A stretch of 62,071 nt of DNA from Chiloscyllium plagiosum. Its lineage: Eukaryota. The position numbers and the translations under genes were made by a program. The notes beneath the pieces are model-generated. The model did not search any database, was not told the DNA's origin, and was given only the letters and a program-made list of their open reading frames with translations. The stretch is from assembly GCF_004010195.1 (NCBI RefSeq), contig NC_057735.1:11286441-11348511 (forward strand), read 5' to 3'. Positions 1 to 11,168 of the stretch are shown here, one piece after another (the first letter of the stretch is position 1; each line of letters opens with the position of its first letter).

Positions 1-129
1 GCATAACTGGGGTCCTGGGCCACTACCCATGGCAACACCATTGACTTAAAGGTAAATTTGGTAGATGTTTTCAAAATCATCATGATGGGGTCTGGATAGA
101 ATAGCCAGGGAGAAACTGCTCATAACTGG

Positions 130-290
130 ATTGAGAACCAGAGGGCCCATTTCTGAAGAATTTCCAAAAGAAGCGTATGTCGTGTGAGAAGACAGTTTTT
201 CACTCAGTGAGTAGATGGAGTATGGAACATCTGCCCAGAAGAGTATTGGAGGAAGGTTCAACTGAGGCAGTCAAGAGAGCATTAGATGAT
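130..290 (+). mobile_element. Degenerate CR1/HER1-type LINE 3' fragment
   Basis: Resembles the CR1 ORF2 C-terminus seen elsewhere in the window (RTRGH...FFTQRVV..WN.LP..V.EA pattern). Confidence 0.5.
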
Positions 291-944
291 AGTCGAAATA
301 GAAACAATAGGGCAGAATCATCCCAGACATTGAATGTTCTGCGCTGTGGTGAAAAGTTTAGGAAATTTGAGTGGGATGTCCAATGAGGCCCTGCTCGACA
401 TCAAGACCAAACATTTGCATTTCCCACATAAGTATAGGAAGGCGAGAAGAGATTACAATTAGTGAGTGGTGAGAGGTGCATTATCTCCTCATTATTACTT
501 AATCTTGCTTCATGAAATACAGTCTCCAATTCTCCCACTTGCTGGATAGAAACTAGATGCTGAGAATTCCTCACATGACTGTTGGAGAGCTTACCTGGTT
601 GCCACTTACTCCTTGACCTCCATCTTGGATACACAGTATCTCAGGGGATTCTCCATGGGCAGTGAGCATTGATGGATGTTGGCGTATCACACATAGCAGC
701 CTCTTTGCATCTTCCTGGCACATCACCAATCCACTGAAGGACACTTCTACACTTCAGTGCTGGCATTTGGAGTGCACCGGTGTCTCTCATTGCAAAGCTG
801 CTGTGAGGACACTTTGCACACAGGAGCAGGCACCCTGTGACTGGATTGGATTGGATGTTGCAGCATCTCAAGGCTGCGTGCTCACTCCCTCAGCACTCAC
901 TCACTTTGCTCCTTCCTCAACGGCTCACAGCATCCCTGCCATTT

Positions 945-1445
945 TACAAAGTTAAAAATCACACAACACCAAGTTATAGTCCAATAGGTTTAATTGGAAA
1001 CACTAGCTTTCGGAGAGCTGCTCCTTCATCAGGTGGTTGTGGAGAGTAAGATCGTAAGACACAGAATTTATAGCAAAAGCTTACAGTGTGGTGTAACTGA
1101 AATTATATCTGGGCTGACATGACACCAATTGTTAAAGTTCACTTGAGAATGTAACTTTTAAAAGTTCTGCGATTCACATTTGAAAGAACTGAAACCAACA
1201 TGGTCATTCTAAAAGATGAAAGACTTAACAAACAATCCAGGTCTTTTTCAATATATAATTTTAGTTACATCACACAGTAAACTTTTGGTATAAATTCTGT
1301 GTCTTATGATCTTACACTCTACAACCACCTGAAGGAGAGCGCTCCGAAAGCTAGTGTTTCCAAATAAACCTGTTGGACTATAACCTGATGTTGTGTGGTT
1401 TTTAACTTTGTACTCCCCAGTCCAACACCAGCATCTCCATATCAT
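945..1445. mobile_element. Penelope-like (PLE) terminal-repeat element with inverted arms
   Basis: 945-1108 is the reverse complement of 1253-1412; same family at 44406-44620 and 48334-48724; hammerhead core on minus strand at 1004-1032. Confidence 0.8.
1004..1032 (-). ncRNA. Minimal hammerhead ribozyme core (PLE type)
   Basis: Minus strand reads CTGATGA-A-GGAG-cagct-CTCC-GAAA-GCTA: both conserved core boxes flanking a paired stem II. Confidence 0.6.
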
Positions 1446-1999
1446 GGATTTTTTTACACTTTGGCCTATCAGCCAGACTTTTAAGGCTTATTTCTGACTT
1501 GCCTTGCAGCTTAGTACAAACCCCAAGCCAGGCAGCTTGTGCTGGTTGTCAGCAGTCATGGGTCAGGGGGAGGTGGAGGGAATGTTACTATTTGGCACTG
1601 TGCTATGTCATTGTTACCCCTGCAGCAAGTACCAGCCACACATATACAAAAATGCTACAAGTGCTGCAAGCAAACAGCCATGACTCGCAATCTAATGAAA
1701 GTACTCTTTAGTAAGGTACAGGGTGTTATCCTTCACACTTTGAACACATGGATAAAGCAAGGCTTACAGCAGTCCATCTGTAAGAAAACAATTCTTGATA
1801 GTTCAACAGTTAATAATTTCACTCTGGGTCATGAAGGCATAACTTGTTGGAGTAACATTGTATAAAAAGGGAGATATTGTGAGTGAAAACTACAGAATAT
1901 CATTTTGAATTAGTACGTAGCACTTTCACCACTGAAGCAAGAAGTTTGTGAATTCAAGTTACCATCCAGAAATCTGATCCTTGGACACCCAAACGTTTG

Positions 2000-2690
2000 A
2001 CATTCAATGGCATCAACATTGCTAAATTCCCCCACTACCAACACCCTGGAGGTTACCATTGACCAGAAACTGAACTGAACTAGCCATTCTAAATAATTGC
2101 AGTTACAAGAACCAATCAGGGGCAAGGAATCCACAGCGAGTAACTTACCTCCTGATTGCTCAAAGCCTGTCCACCATCTACAGGGCACAAGTCAGGAGTG
2201 TGATGGAATGCTCCCCACTTGCCTGAATGGGTGCAGCTCCGACAATACTCAAGAGGTTTGACACCATCCAGATGAAGCAGACCACTTGATTGGCATTATC
2301 TCCACAAACATCTACTCCCTCCACCACCGACACTCAGCGGCAGCGGTGTGTACCACCTCAAGATGCACTGCAGAAATTTATCAAGGCTCCTTAGTTAGCA
2401 CCTTCCAAATCAACAATGACTTCCATCTAGAAGGCCAAGGGAATTATATATATGGGAATACTTCCAATCAAGTTCCCTTCCAAGCCAGTCACAATCCTAG
2501 ATCGCTGTTCCCTCTGTCAGTTTGGTGAAAATCCTGGAACTCTCTCCCAAACAGAACTGTGGGTCTACCTCCACCAAATGGACTGCAGTATTGTAGAAGG
2601 TAGCTCACTAATATCTTCTGAAGGACAACTAAGGATGAGCAATAAATGCTGGTTCAGGTGACACAGCACATTTCCAAAGAATAAATTAAA
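2000..2690 (+). mobile_element. L2/CR1-clade LINE 3' fragment
   Basis: Encodes decayed 'LEVTIDQKLN*TSH'; homologous to 11972-12600; ends in an AATAAATGCTGG tail. Confidence 0.7.
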
Positions 2691-3292
2691 ATAAGTTGAA
2701 CACTGACTGCACTCTTAGGTGGGAATGAAAACATCCCACTACATTTTGTAAAAAAGAGATAGGAACTCTCCCTGAACCAACAACTAAAAATCATCAGATG
2801 ATCTGGTAATTTAAACATTGGTGAGAGATTACTTCCTATGAATGGCTGCAGTATTTCCTACGTTAACTCATTGGCTGAGAAGAATTTTGGAGCGAGAGGA
2901 AGTTCTAATTAGCTCTGAATTCTGTTGCTGAGATAATTCAATATTTTTGAATAACTGACTTGTAAAACCTCTATTTCTAAGTTACTGTGAAGATTAAAAA
3001 GCCTGTAAATGAATTTGAACACAACCACCTAGAGTGGTTCAACATCACAATGAAGCAAGAACTTGGATCACGTGCTTCAACCATTAACTTCCCATCCAGA
3101 CATGTCAAACTTCAAAATAAATGGTTGAGTTAAGGGGATGAGCTTTTATTCTCAGAAATGCAGCTGTAACAATTATAACCTGCTCTCTCCTGAATGAGGA
3201 ACAAGCATATGAGGACGCCCATAAGGTATACTTAGCTGTCTGCAACCTCTGTAACACATCTCAAGGGAAGAAAGAAAACAGACATGAACCCA

Positions 3293-3398
3293 AGAAATCG
3301 GAAACAGAAAGCAAAATTGCTGGTGAAACTGTGCATGTCTGGCAACATCTGTGGAGAGAAAGCAGAAATAATGTTTCGAGTCCAGCGACCCTTCTTTT
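3293..3398 (-). mobile_element. Short PLE-terminal-repeat relic
   Basis: Homologous to 32095-32230, 36020-36118 and 56830-56980; decayed hammerhead core on minus strand. Confidence 0.55.
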
Positions 3399-3891
3399 GG
3401 GCTGACAGCAGTTTGGAACAGTTGTTCAAATTGCTGAAAACAGGGGATAGTGAGTGGGTAGGCAGAGATAGAGAGAGTGATATTGAGAGAGATATAGAGA
3501 GATGAAGTGGGAGATGGCACAGGACAGAGCGACACTAGGCACACAGACGCACTGAGCCTTCAGTTGGTCATTTGACACACAAGATGGCTGTCAGCCTACA
3601 ATGTAGAGAGAGATGGCAGAGCAAACACAGACACTGCCTGGGGCCACCAGAATGCCAGCACAATGCATTCACAACCTGGTTGATTAGTTTAAGGCGGTTG
3701 GGGGAGAGAATACACATGACTCACGTACGCTGCCATTGAAGTGTCTGGGTCCAGCCAACACCTTTGATAGAAATGCCAACAGCTTGATACGGACTCAATA
3801 CAGAGAGCTAATAGCCAGGGCTGCAGTAATCGTCCTTCTCAGAAACACCGATTGGCACCCATGACTTCAGCAATGGACTTCCACGCAGAAA

Positions 3892-3990
3892 TTGAAACTG
3901 ACTATGTCCACACTGAAACTGACAACGATCATGCTGAAATTAACAAAGGCTGCGCTGGAACTGACAATGACTACATCGAAACTATCAAAG
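3892..3990 (+). repeat. 21-bp imperfect tandem repeat (~4.7 copies) in putative U3
   Basis: ttgaaactgactatgtccaca / ctgaaactgacaacgatcatg / ctgaaattaacaaaggctgcg / ctggaactgacaatgactaca / tcgaaactatcaaag. Confidence 0.8.
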
Positions 3991-4135
3991 ATTTTGTAAT
4001 GTTACTATAAACAACCATGTTACAATGACAACAATCTCATCACTGACCTATTGTATCACAAGATGGATAAAAATATCTTGACATGTGCTCCGAGTTGAGA
4101 GAAGACTCGCAGCTGACCACTGTGCTTTGGTCACT

Positions 4136-4449
4136 GAGCAGTTGGTCACTGCTGGATGGTTTTGTAGAAGGGGAGAGAGTCTATCTCTTTCTCCTCTTGT
4201 ATTTTTTTCTAATGTGAATTCTAGATCCTTTCTCCTGCCCTCCAGCTCTTTAACTTTCTCCTAGTCCTGTTCCACCTACTCATGGAGGCACTCACTTGTT
4301 CAATTCGACCTGCTAATTGGTGCACTAGCATTACCCCTATCTTTTTAATTTTATTCTGTTTCTGCTTATCTATCCACACTCTCTGTTGTGCTAACGTCTG
4401 GGATGGGTTTTCTTCAATTCCTTCCGTCAGCCCTTGCCTGTCTGCCTTG
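4136..4449 (-). repeat. Inverted duplicate of gag segment 5177-5497
   Basis: Base-by-base reverse complement with few substitutions; minus ORF 4221..4496 and plus ORF 5124..5405 share PSQTLAQQRVWIDKQKQNKIKKIGVMLVHQLAGRIEQVSASMSRWNRTRRKLKS. Confidence 0.97.
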
Positions 4450-4544
4450 GTGTCTTTCTCTCCCTGGAGCTCCGGTATTTCCTTGTACACTGTCACTGAA
4501 CTCTGTCACTCTGACTCCGAGGCTGGTGATTTCCCCACAACAAT

Positions 4545-4562
4545 TGGTGCTACGAACAGGGT
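4545..4562 (+). promoter_or_regulatory. Primer binding site, tRNA-Lys(UUU)-like
   Basis: TGGTGCTACGAACAGGGT, 2 nt after the LTR-terminal CA; resembles the Lys3 PBS TGGCGCCCGAACAGGGAC. Confidence 0.65.
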
Positions 4563-5123
4563 TCTTATTACCGGTGCCTTAGTCAAAGGCCACAATCGGG
4601 GAGCCAGGGTAAGAACCAAATTGTACCTGCAAACGGGAAGAGACAAACTGGGCCAAAGGCACAGTTTAAAAGGTATACCGATTGTAATGTCTAAATTGTT
4701 GCAGTACTGAGTTAAACATTTTTAAAGTGCATGTCCGTGGAGAATAAATGATAATTGCATTAACTGTTGTAAGAACCTGCTGCTTGTGCTGAAACAGCCA
4801 GAGGACAAGGTAGTGCCTGTCTCAGAGACCCTGCCCTAAACCGGTTGTTAAGAGGGGTAGGGTAAAGAGTCCCACCAATAGAGAGCACACCCTATTGAGC
4901 CAGCATTCCCAACCGACTATTACGTACCGACTAGTAATGGTGGCCGGGGGGAGGGGGGGGGGCGGGGTTAGAGAAGTCCCACCAGTAGAGAGCACACCTT
5001 GCTAGGAGGCTGCTGCAGCCATATGGATGGTGCTGGGACAGTATTGGACGGGGGTGTAGAGAAGTCCCCACTGATCAGGAACACTTTACTGTTGGTGGTA
5101 TCCAGGGGCACACAATCTGCTAA

Positions 5124-6483
5124 ATGGCAGATCAAAATTTTAAGGGGGATACTGCAGGTTCCCTTATTGAGAAATACAAGGCAGACAGACAAGGGCTGAC
5201 AGAGCAATTGAAGAAAAGTGGTTGGGACCCATCCCAGACATTAGCACAACAGAGAGTGTGGATAGATAAGCAGAAACAGAATAAAATTAAAAAGATAGGG
5301 GTAATGCTAGTGCACCAATTAGCAGGCCGAATTGAACAAGTGAGTGCCTCCATGAGTAGGTGGAACAGGACTAGGAGAAAGTTAAAGAGCAGGAGGGCAG
5401 GATAAAGGATCTAGAATTCACATTAGAAAAAAATATAAGAGGAGAAAGGGATACACTCTCCCCTTCTATAAAACCATCCAGCAGTGACCAACTGCTCCCT
5501 CTGTTGGAAAAACCATACAAGAGGATAACTTAGCGCCATTAGAGAGGAGGGACAGAATCATAGCCCAAAGCGAATTATAAACCCTTCACTCCAGGGGAAA
5601 GGTAGCAAATTATGGCCTCCCTGGGCAAATTATAGTTCTGGAGTGCAAACACCAGGGAAGGGCTGGATAGTGTATGGGTAGGGCACCAACTACACCTGAA
5701 GGACCTACACCAGCTGGTCTGGGCAGCTTGCCCAGAGGACAAGTGGAGGCAGGTAGCTGGCGGACATGATGCCACAGCAGCCCGAGACTTTAGGGGAGGA
5801 TGATGGACACATGCTGTTGCCCCCACAGCTGAGACAGATGCCCAGCAAGCTCCCTTCACCGACTTTAAAGAAGAAATCCTGAGGGTGCTAGGAAATGATC
5901 CCACAATCTGGAGCAAGTTCACGACTTAAAGGGGAGGGAGCCTCTGATTATGGGGAATGATTATTTCGGATCTATCAGGAATGTTCAGGACAAGCGAACC
6001 CAGATCGGGGGGGAATGGGCATTCATCCAAGCTTTTAATGCTGGACTCTCTAGCACCCACCAAGCCATCCTGAAAATGGTTGTAATAATGTCCCAGGATT
6101 ATGAGGACCTAGTCGAGTGGGCTAGCGGAGTGCAGGATGCAAAAGCTCCCGCAGCAAAGGCAAGACCTGACAGGGCAGCCAACCGGAATGGAGGCAAGAG
6201 GACAATAAAATGATCCTGCCACAACTGTGGCCGACAGGGGACACTTTGCTGGAGAGTTTGGGTCCCATGAGCAGGAAATAGAGCAGGGAACAATGTAAAA
6301 TACTGCAGCCACTGCAACAGAATAGGACACATTGAGGCAGTGTGCTGGGGAAAGCATGGGGCACCCCCAAACACCAGCCGGAACACCGCGGAACCGCGGG
6401 AGTCCAAGGTCAGCAGAACTGTAAACAAGCTGCCCCCATTTGTGAGGGTAAGGGAGAGGGGAGAATTTACATCCCCACAGTAA
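5124..6483 (+). pseudogene. gag: ERV gag (disrupted)
   Basis: ATG at 5124 after the PBS/leader; CCHC knuckles at ~6217 (CHNCGRQGH.., frameshifted) and 6304-6345 (CSHCNRIGHIEAVC); several stops and frameshifts. Confidence 0.85.
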
Positions 6484-9400
6484 TGGGAGGGAGGAAATGT
6501 GAAACGCTAGTAACACAGGGGCGGCTGTATCTTTGACAAGCTTACCCTTACCCCACACAACTAAAATGATTCACTTAACTGGGGTAGGTGGGGATAAAAC
6601 ACCGGCTTACCTAAGCGAAACTACCCTCAAATTTACAAGTCACCTTGAAACTATTAAAGTGGCTACAGTCACCAGTGGGGACTGGAATCTTGAAAAGGGG
6701 GGCATTCGGAGCCATCTGCGCCTCCATCCCCCGAGCATGGGCAGAAACAAAGTTAGATACAGGTCTAGTTAACTTAGACCCGATAACAGTTCCCAGACCG
6801 GAGCATAAGCCCCACCGGCAATACCCAATAAAACCCGAAGCAGAAAAAGTAGTTGTGGAGATAGTGAAAGGACTAGTGAAACAGGGAGTCCTGAAAGAAA
6901 CCACAAGTACAACTAATTCCCCGATGTGGCCAGTACTAAAGCCTGATGGGAGCTACAGGCTCACCATTGATTATACAGGGCTAAATAAGGTCACCCCTAA
7001 ATTGCACCCCATTGTAGCAGACCCCTCCACTATTTAAATGGCTTGGCCCCCCACCCGAGCAGAAGATTTTTATTGTTTTAGCCATTGCCAACAGATTCTG
7101 GTCTATCCCGTAACACCCTGAGTCCCAGAACAAATTCGCTTTTTTCAGTAAGGGGCGGGCAGTATACATGGACTCGCCTGCAACTAGGGTTCCACAACAG
7201 CTCCACTATTTTTCACAGGGTGATGAGCAGATTTACCAGAGGATAGCACTGCCCTGCAATATGTAGATGATATCCTAATTGCCTCAGAGTCCGAGTCAGG
7301 ACACCAGGAAGCTTCATGTCTAGTATTGCAGGAATTGGCAACCACAGGGTTAAAAGTTACAAGGCACAAGGGCACAAATTGGCAAAACACAAGTCTTATA
7401 CCTGGACGCCTCATATCCAGGCGACTCAAAGAAATGCCCAATGACTGTAAGGCAGCAATCCAACCGATGCCACAACCTGCCACTGTCGGGGGGAGGGGGT
7501 CAGAAAGGTCATGGGGCTATTCAACTACAGTCAGCACTTTATACCCAAATTCACAAATTGGCTGAACCAATCGAGATCTTAATTAAAGGAGGCAAACCCG
7601 CTTTGTAACCTGGGGACCAGAACAGAAGGAGGCATCCAGTCTGTTTAAAACTTGACTCATATGGATCCCAGTAAGGAATTTTACATCCCCTGTAATAATG
7701 AGGGAGGGTTTGACTCCGCAGTGATCACTCAAGACCGTAATAGCAAGAGAAGGCCCGTAGGGTACCACTCAACTACAGAACGGCCAGTAGTCACCGCATT
7801 GCCCAGGTGCACAGAGGCCTTAGACTGTGCTGCTTGGGCCATTAGGGTTAGTGAGTTCATAGTAATGACAGGAAATGTCATCCTCCACACTAAACACACC
7901 TTCGTAGAGATGCTAAACACAGGGAAACTGAGAGCTGTATCCAAAATGAGAAGGGCAAAGTGCGAGGCAGTTCTTTTACCCCCAAGTCAGTCCGTGGTAA
8001 TAGTTAGGGATACAGGAGAAAACCCAGCTAGGGGAATTCTAGACACAGGGGAACCACACAACTGTGGGGATATAGATGGAGATGAGGATGGAGGGAGAGT
8101 AAATGATACCCCCATAGACACAACCGAGGAGACCCTCTTCATTGACAGGTCACAAACATACGTAGCTGGGTCACCACGAACAGGATGGGCTGTGGTAAGT
8201 GATAAGTTAGAAACAGAGCTGAAAATGTGTTGCTGGAAAAGCGCAGCAGGTCAGGCAGCATCCAAGGACCAGGAGAATCGACGTTTCGAACATAAACCCT
8301 TCTTCAGGAACGTCGATTCTCCTGTTCCTTGGATGCTGCCTGACCTGCTGCACTTTTCCAGCAACACATTTTCAGCTCTGATCTCCAGCATCTGCAGTCC
8401 TCACTTTCTCCGATAAGTTAGAAACAGTGATGGCCAGAAGGATTGATGGAAGTCAGTCTGCACAGGTAGCAGAATTGGTAGCACTCACCAAAGCACGTGA
8501 ACTAACAAAAGGAAAAATTGTGAATATATATATATACGGACAGTCAGTATGCCTTTGGTGTAGTCCATGACTATATGGTGACATGGGGTAGAAGAGGTTC
8601 AACACCGTGGGGGGGACGTCCCTATGAGACACGAAGTAAGACTTCAGGCACTATTGCGAGCCAGGGAACAGCCAAAAGAGGCTGCAGTAATCAAATAAAA
8701 CCTCATCAAAATGAGCCAGCAAAAGAGAACCCAGGTTTGCTACAGTTCAAAGGACACCAGGCAGCAGGCCAAGCAGCTTAGAGAACCCTCGAGCAAGAAG
8801 CCATGAATGAGGCTGCAATAGCCACTATTGAATTAGCAAAAGACGCTATCCAAATTCAGCGGCTACAGGAGGACACCCCGCAGGAAAAGAGAGAACAATG
8901 GAAACTGCAGGGGGTACTCTAAGGGGAGGATAGTGGCTGGAGGGGAGCAGATAGGGTGGTAGCACCAGCCTGTATACAGAACACATTGCTTGAACTGCAC
9001 CACGGACTCTCCCATACAGGTAGAGAGGCCATGATAGCAAGCCCTGGGAGAGAGTGGTGGTGAAAGGGAATGGGAAGACATGTGGCCAAGTACTGGCACA
9101 GATGCATGGTTTGTGCACAACATAACCCAGAGAGACCCATAAAAGTTAGGATGGGACACCAGCCCAGAACTAGAGGACCCTGGGAACACTTTCAGGTGGA
9201 TTTTACAGGGCCACTATCACCTTCCCGTGGGAAAACGTACTGCCTGGTCATCATAGACCAATTCACCCGGTGGGTAAAGCATTCCCAACCAAAAGCTGCA
9301 CTGCAATCACTGTGGCCAGACTATTAGCAAAGGAGGTAATCCCGAGGTGGGGGATACCCCTCCAGATCGACTCTGACCAAGGGACACATTTTCTGGCAGG

Positions 9401-9990
9401 GTCATGAAGACTGTCTGCCAAGTACTCAGCATTAGACAACAATTTCACATTCCCTATCACCCCCAGAGCTCAGGGATGGTGGAGAGAATGAATAGAATGC
9501 TCAAAAATACTTTAGCTAAGGCTACGCAAACCTCAGGCAGAACGTGGGCCGAAGTGCTGCCAGCCAGACTAATGAGATTAAGGGCCACCACAAATCAGGC
9601 AACCGGGCCAACACCATATGAATTAATGACCCCCGGGCGAGCAATGCAATTGCCAGAGACAATAATTACTGGTGGCACCGATGTGGGTCCACTAAAAGAC
9701 AAAATTTGCCAATATGTGATAGAATTAAATGCCCAATTGAAAGGGGATGCAGAAATCTGTAATTGACAAACAGGACAAAAAGGACAGGGGAACTCCAAAT
9801 CTTCCCAGACGTCCCAGCAGCAGGAAGCCATGTCCTGGTGCGAGCATTGCCTGACAAACTAGACTTTGCCCCAAAATGGAATGGGCCATACGACGTGATA
9901 ATAAGTGGGGATACCTGGGCCTGCATAGACATTAAAGGAAAAGGCACATGAAAGCACTGGACCCAACTAAAGACTCCTGTGACCAAACTA
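6342..9990 (+). pseudogene. pol: ERV pro-pol (protease, RT, tether, RNase H, integrase), disrupted
   Basis: LV(D)TGAAVS at ~6507-6530; QYPI..NSPMWPVLKPDGSYRLTIDY; YVDD at 7260-7271; tether ~7650-7980; RNase H FIDRS..GWAVV / SAQVAELVAL / YTDSQYAFG; integrase HHCC, QVDFTGP, DSDQGTHF, SSGMVERMN, KWNGPY. Confidence 0.95.
8217..8411. mobile_element. Palindromic PLE-derived mini-element inserted in the ERV RNase H
   Basis: 16-bp TSD GATAAGTTAGAAACAG at 8201-8216 and 8412-8427; internal inverted arms; hammerhead core on minus strand at 8281-8307. Confidence 0.9.
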
Positions 9991-10150
9991 ATGTCATTGA
10001 CCATTCCCCGGGTGCAGACAGGAACAGCGGAGAAGACGGTCATCCCGGGGGGAATACAGAAAACACAACAGAACAAGCTGTACAGAGGCACAACTGCACC
10101 AACTGATGAAAACAAACACTTTGACTGTTAACTTTATTTTAACTGCAAGA

Positions 10151-11100
10151 ATGTATATACCTGTATGTATTGCACTGTGTTTAAGTGTCATGACTGTTGG
10201 GAGCATGTCAGGATTTAAAGATACCCTCTTCTATAAAACCCACCTAAGTTTCCATGGGAACCAAACTGTCTGCTACCCACTGGTGTAATCAATAGAATCC
10301 CTCGGTATACAGTAGACACCTTGGGAGTGCCGCGTAAGGGAAATACAAACGGGGACTCAAAGGTAAATGTATGCAGTTGGGCAGGATCACAGGCCCATGA
10401 GGCCAGCTCCCCCAGCCTAGGGAGGGGATTATATCTGTCATAATTATATTAAATGGCTGAGCAAACTCAAGGGGCTAAATGGCCTACTCCTGCTCCTTAT
10501 TCTTATGTTCACACGATTTTTGTATCGATGGACTGGCCCCATACAGCACTGCAGTGTTGGCTCAGACTCTCTCAGCTAATGCATCTTCTTGGGGCAGGGT
10601 GTGCTGTTCTTATCTCGGTCGGCATTTCCAGTGCAGGATTGAGGGATTGCTGCCCTATAGGATGGAGATGTAATGTTTCAGATAAAACATTAAACTCATC
10701 TACCATTTCAAGAGGCAGAGCAAGATCCCATTGCACCATTTCAAGGAAGAGCATGGGGTTTCTTCCTACTATTCTAACCAATACTTATCCCTCAGCAACA
10801 TCATTAAAACAATGGTCTGGTCAGTGACACATTGTTATTTTCTGTTGTGCGCAAGTTGGCCGATCAATTTACAATATGATATCGGAGACAGCGCTTTGTT
10901 AGTATATGGCTCTAAAACATTTTGGGACTTCTCCACTATAAGACCCTGTGCACGATGAAACTTTTTACACATAGTGCCACATCCAGGTAAAGGTTTGGAT
11001 TATATTAAACTACATCGGTGATTGAAGAAGGATCATGGAATAAAGTCATCAAACAAGGTCATCAGGAGACACTGAGGACCCATCGTATTATTGGAAATAT
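10151..11100 (+). pseudogene. Putative env 5' remnant, interrupted by repeats
   Basis: Lies just after integrase; signal-peptide-like MYIPVCIALCLSVMTVGS, sequon NQT and Cys; non-repeat sequence resumes at ~10830 (CYFLLCASWP...); no TM subunit seen. Confidence 0.45.
10545..10830 (+). mobile_element. Deu-domain SINE (SacSINE/AmnSINE-like)
   Basis: CCAGTGCAG..TGAGGGA..GCTGC..GGAG..TTTCAGAT.A.ACATTAAAC..AAGATCCCAT core; similar copies at 18250-18530, 25545-25915, 13460-13680(-), 22560-22700(-), 39860-40210(-). Confidence 0.6.
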
Positions 11101-11168
11101 AGTCTTTTAGCAAAGGCATGAATCTCAGGCTCACACAGTCTGTGTTCACGAATGAAGGTAAAGCTGAG

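Larger units (their letters stand above)
3696..4542 (+). mobile_element. ERV 5' LTR (5' boundary approximate), interrupted by an inverted gag copy
   Basis: Ends ...TTCCCCACAACA (CA at 4541-4542) directly before the PBS; TATA-like GATAAAAA 4066-4073; 21-bp repeats in U3; possible decayed polyA signal near 4494-4500. Confidence 0.65.

Noticed and set aside
7652-8416. 254-aa ORF as an intact gene
   Set aside because: It is a pol tether/RNase H fragment whose last ~65 aa read through the inserted palindromic element
10418-10432. AGGGAGGGGA as polypurine tract of a 3' LTR
   Set aside because: The downstream sequence does not match the 5' LTR region; it is a LINE tail and a Deu-SINE
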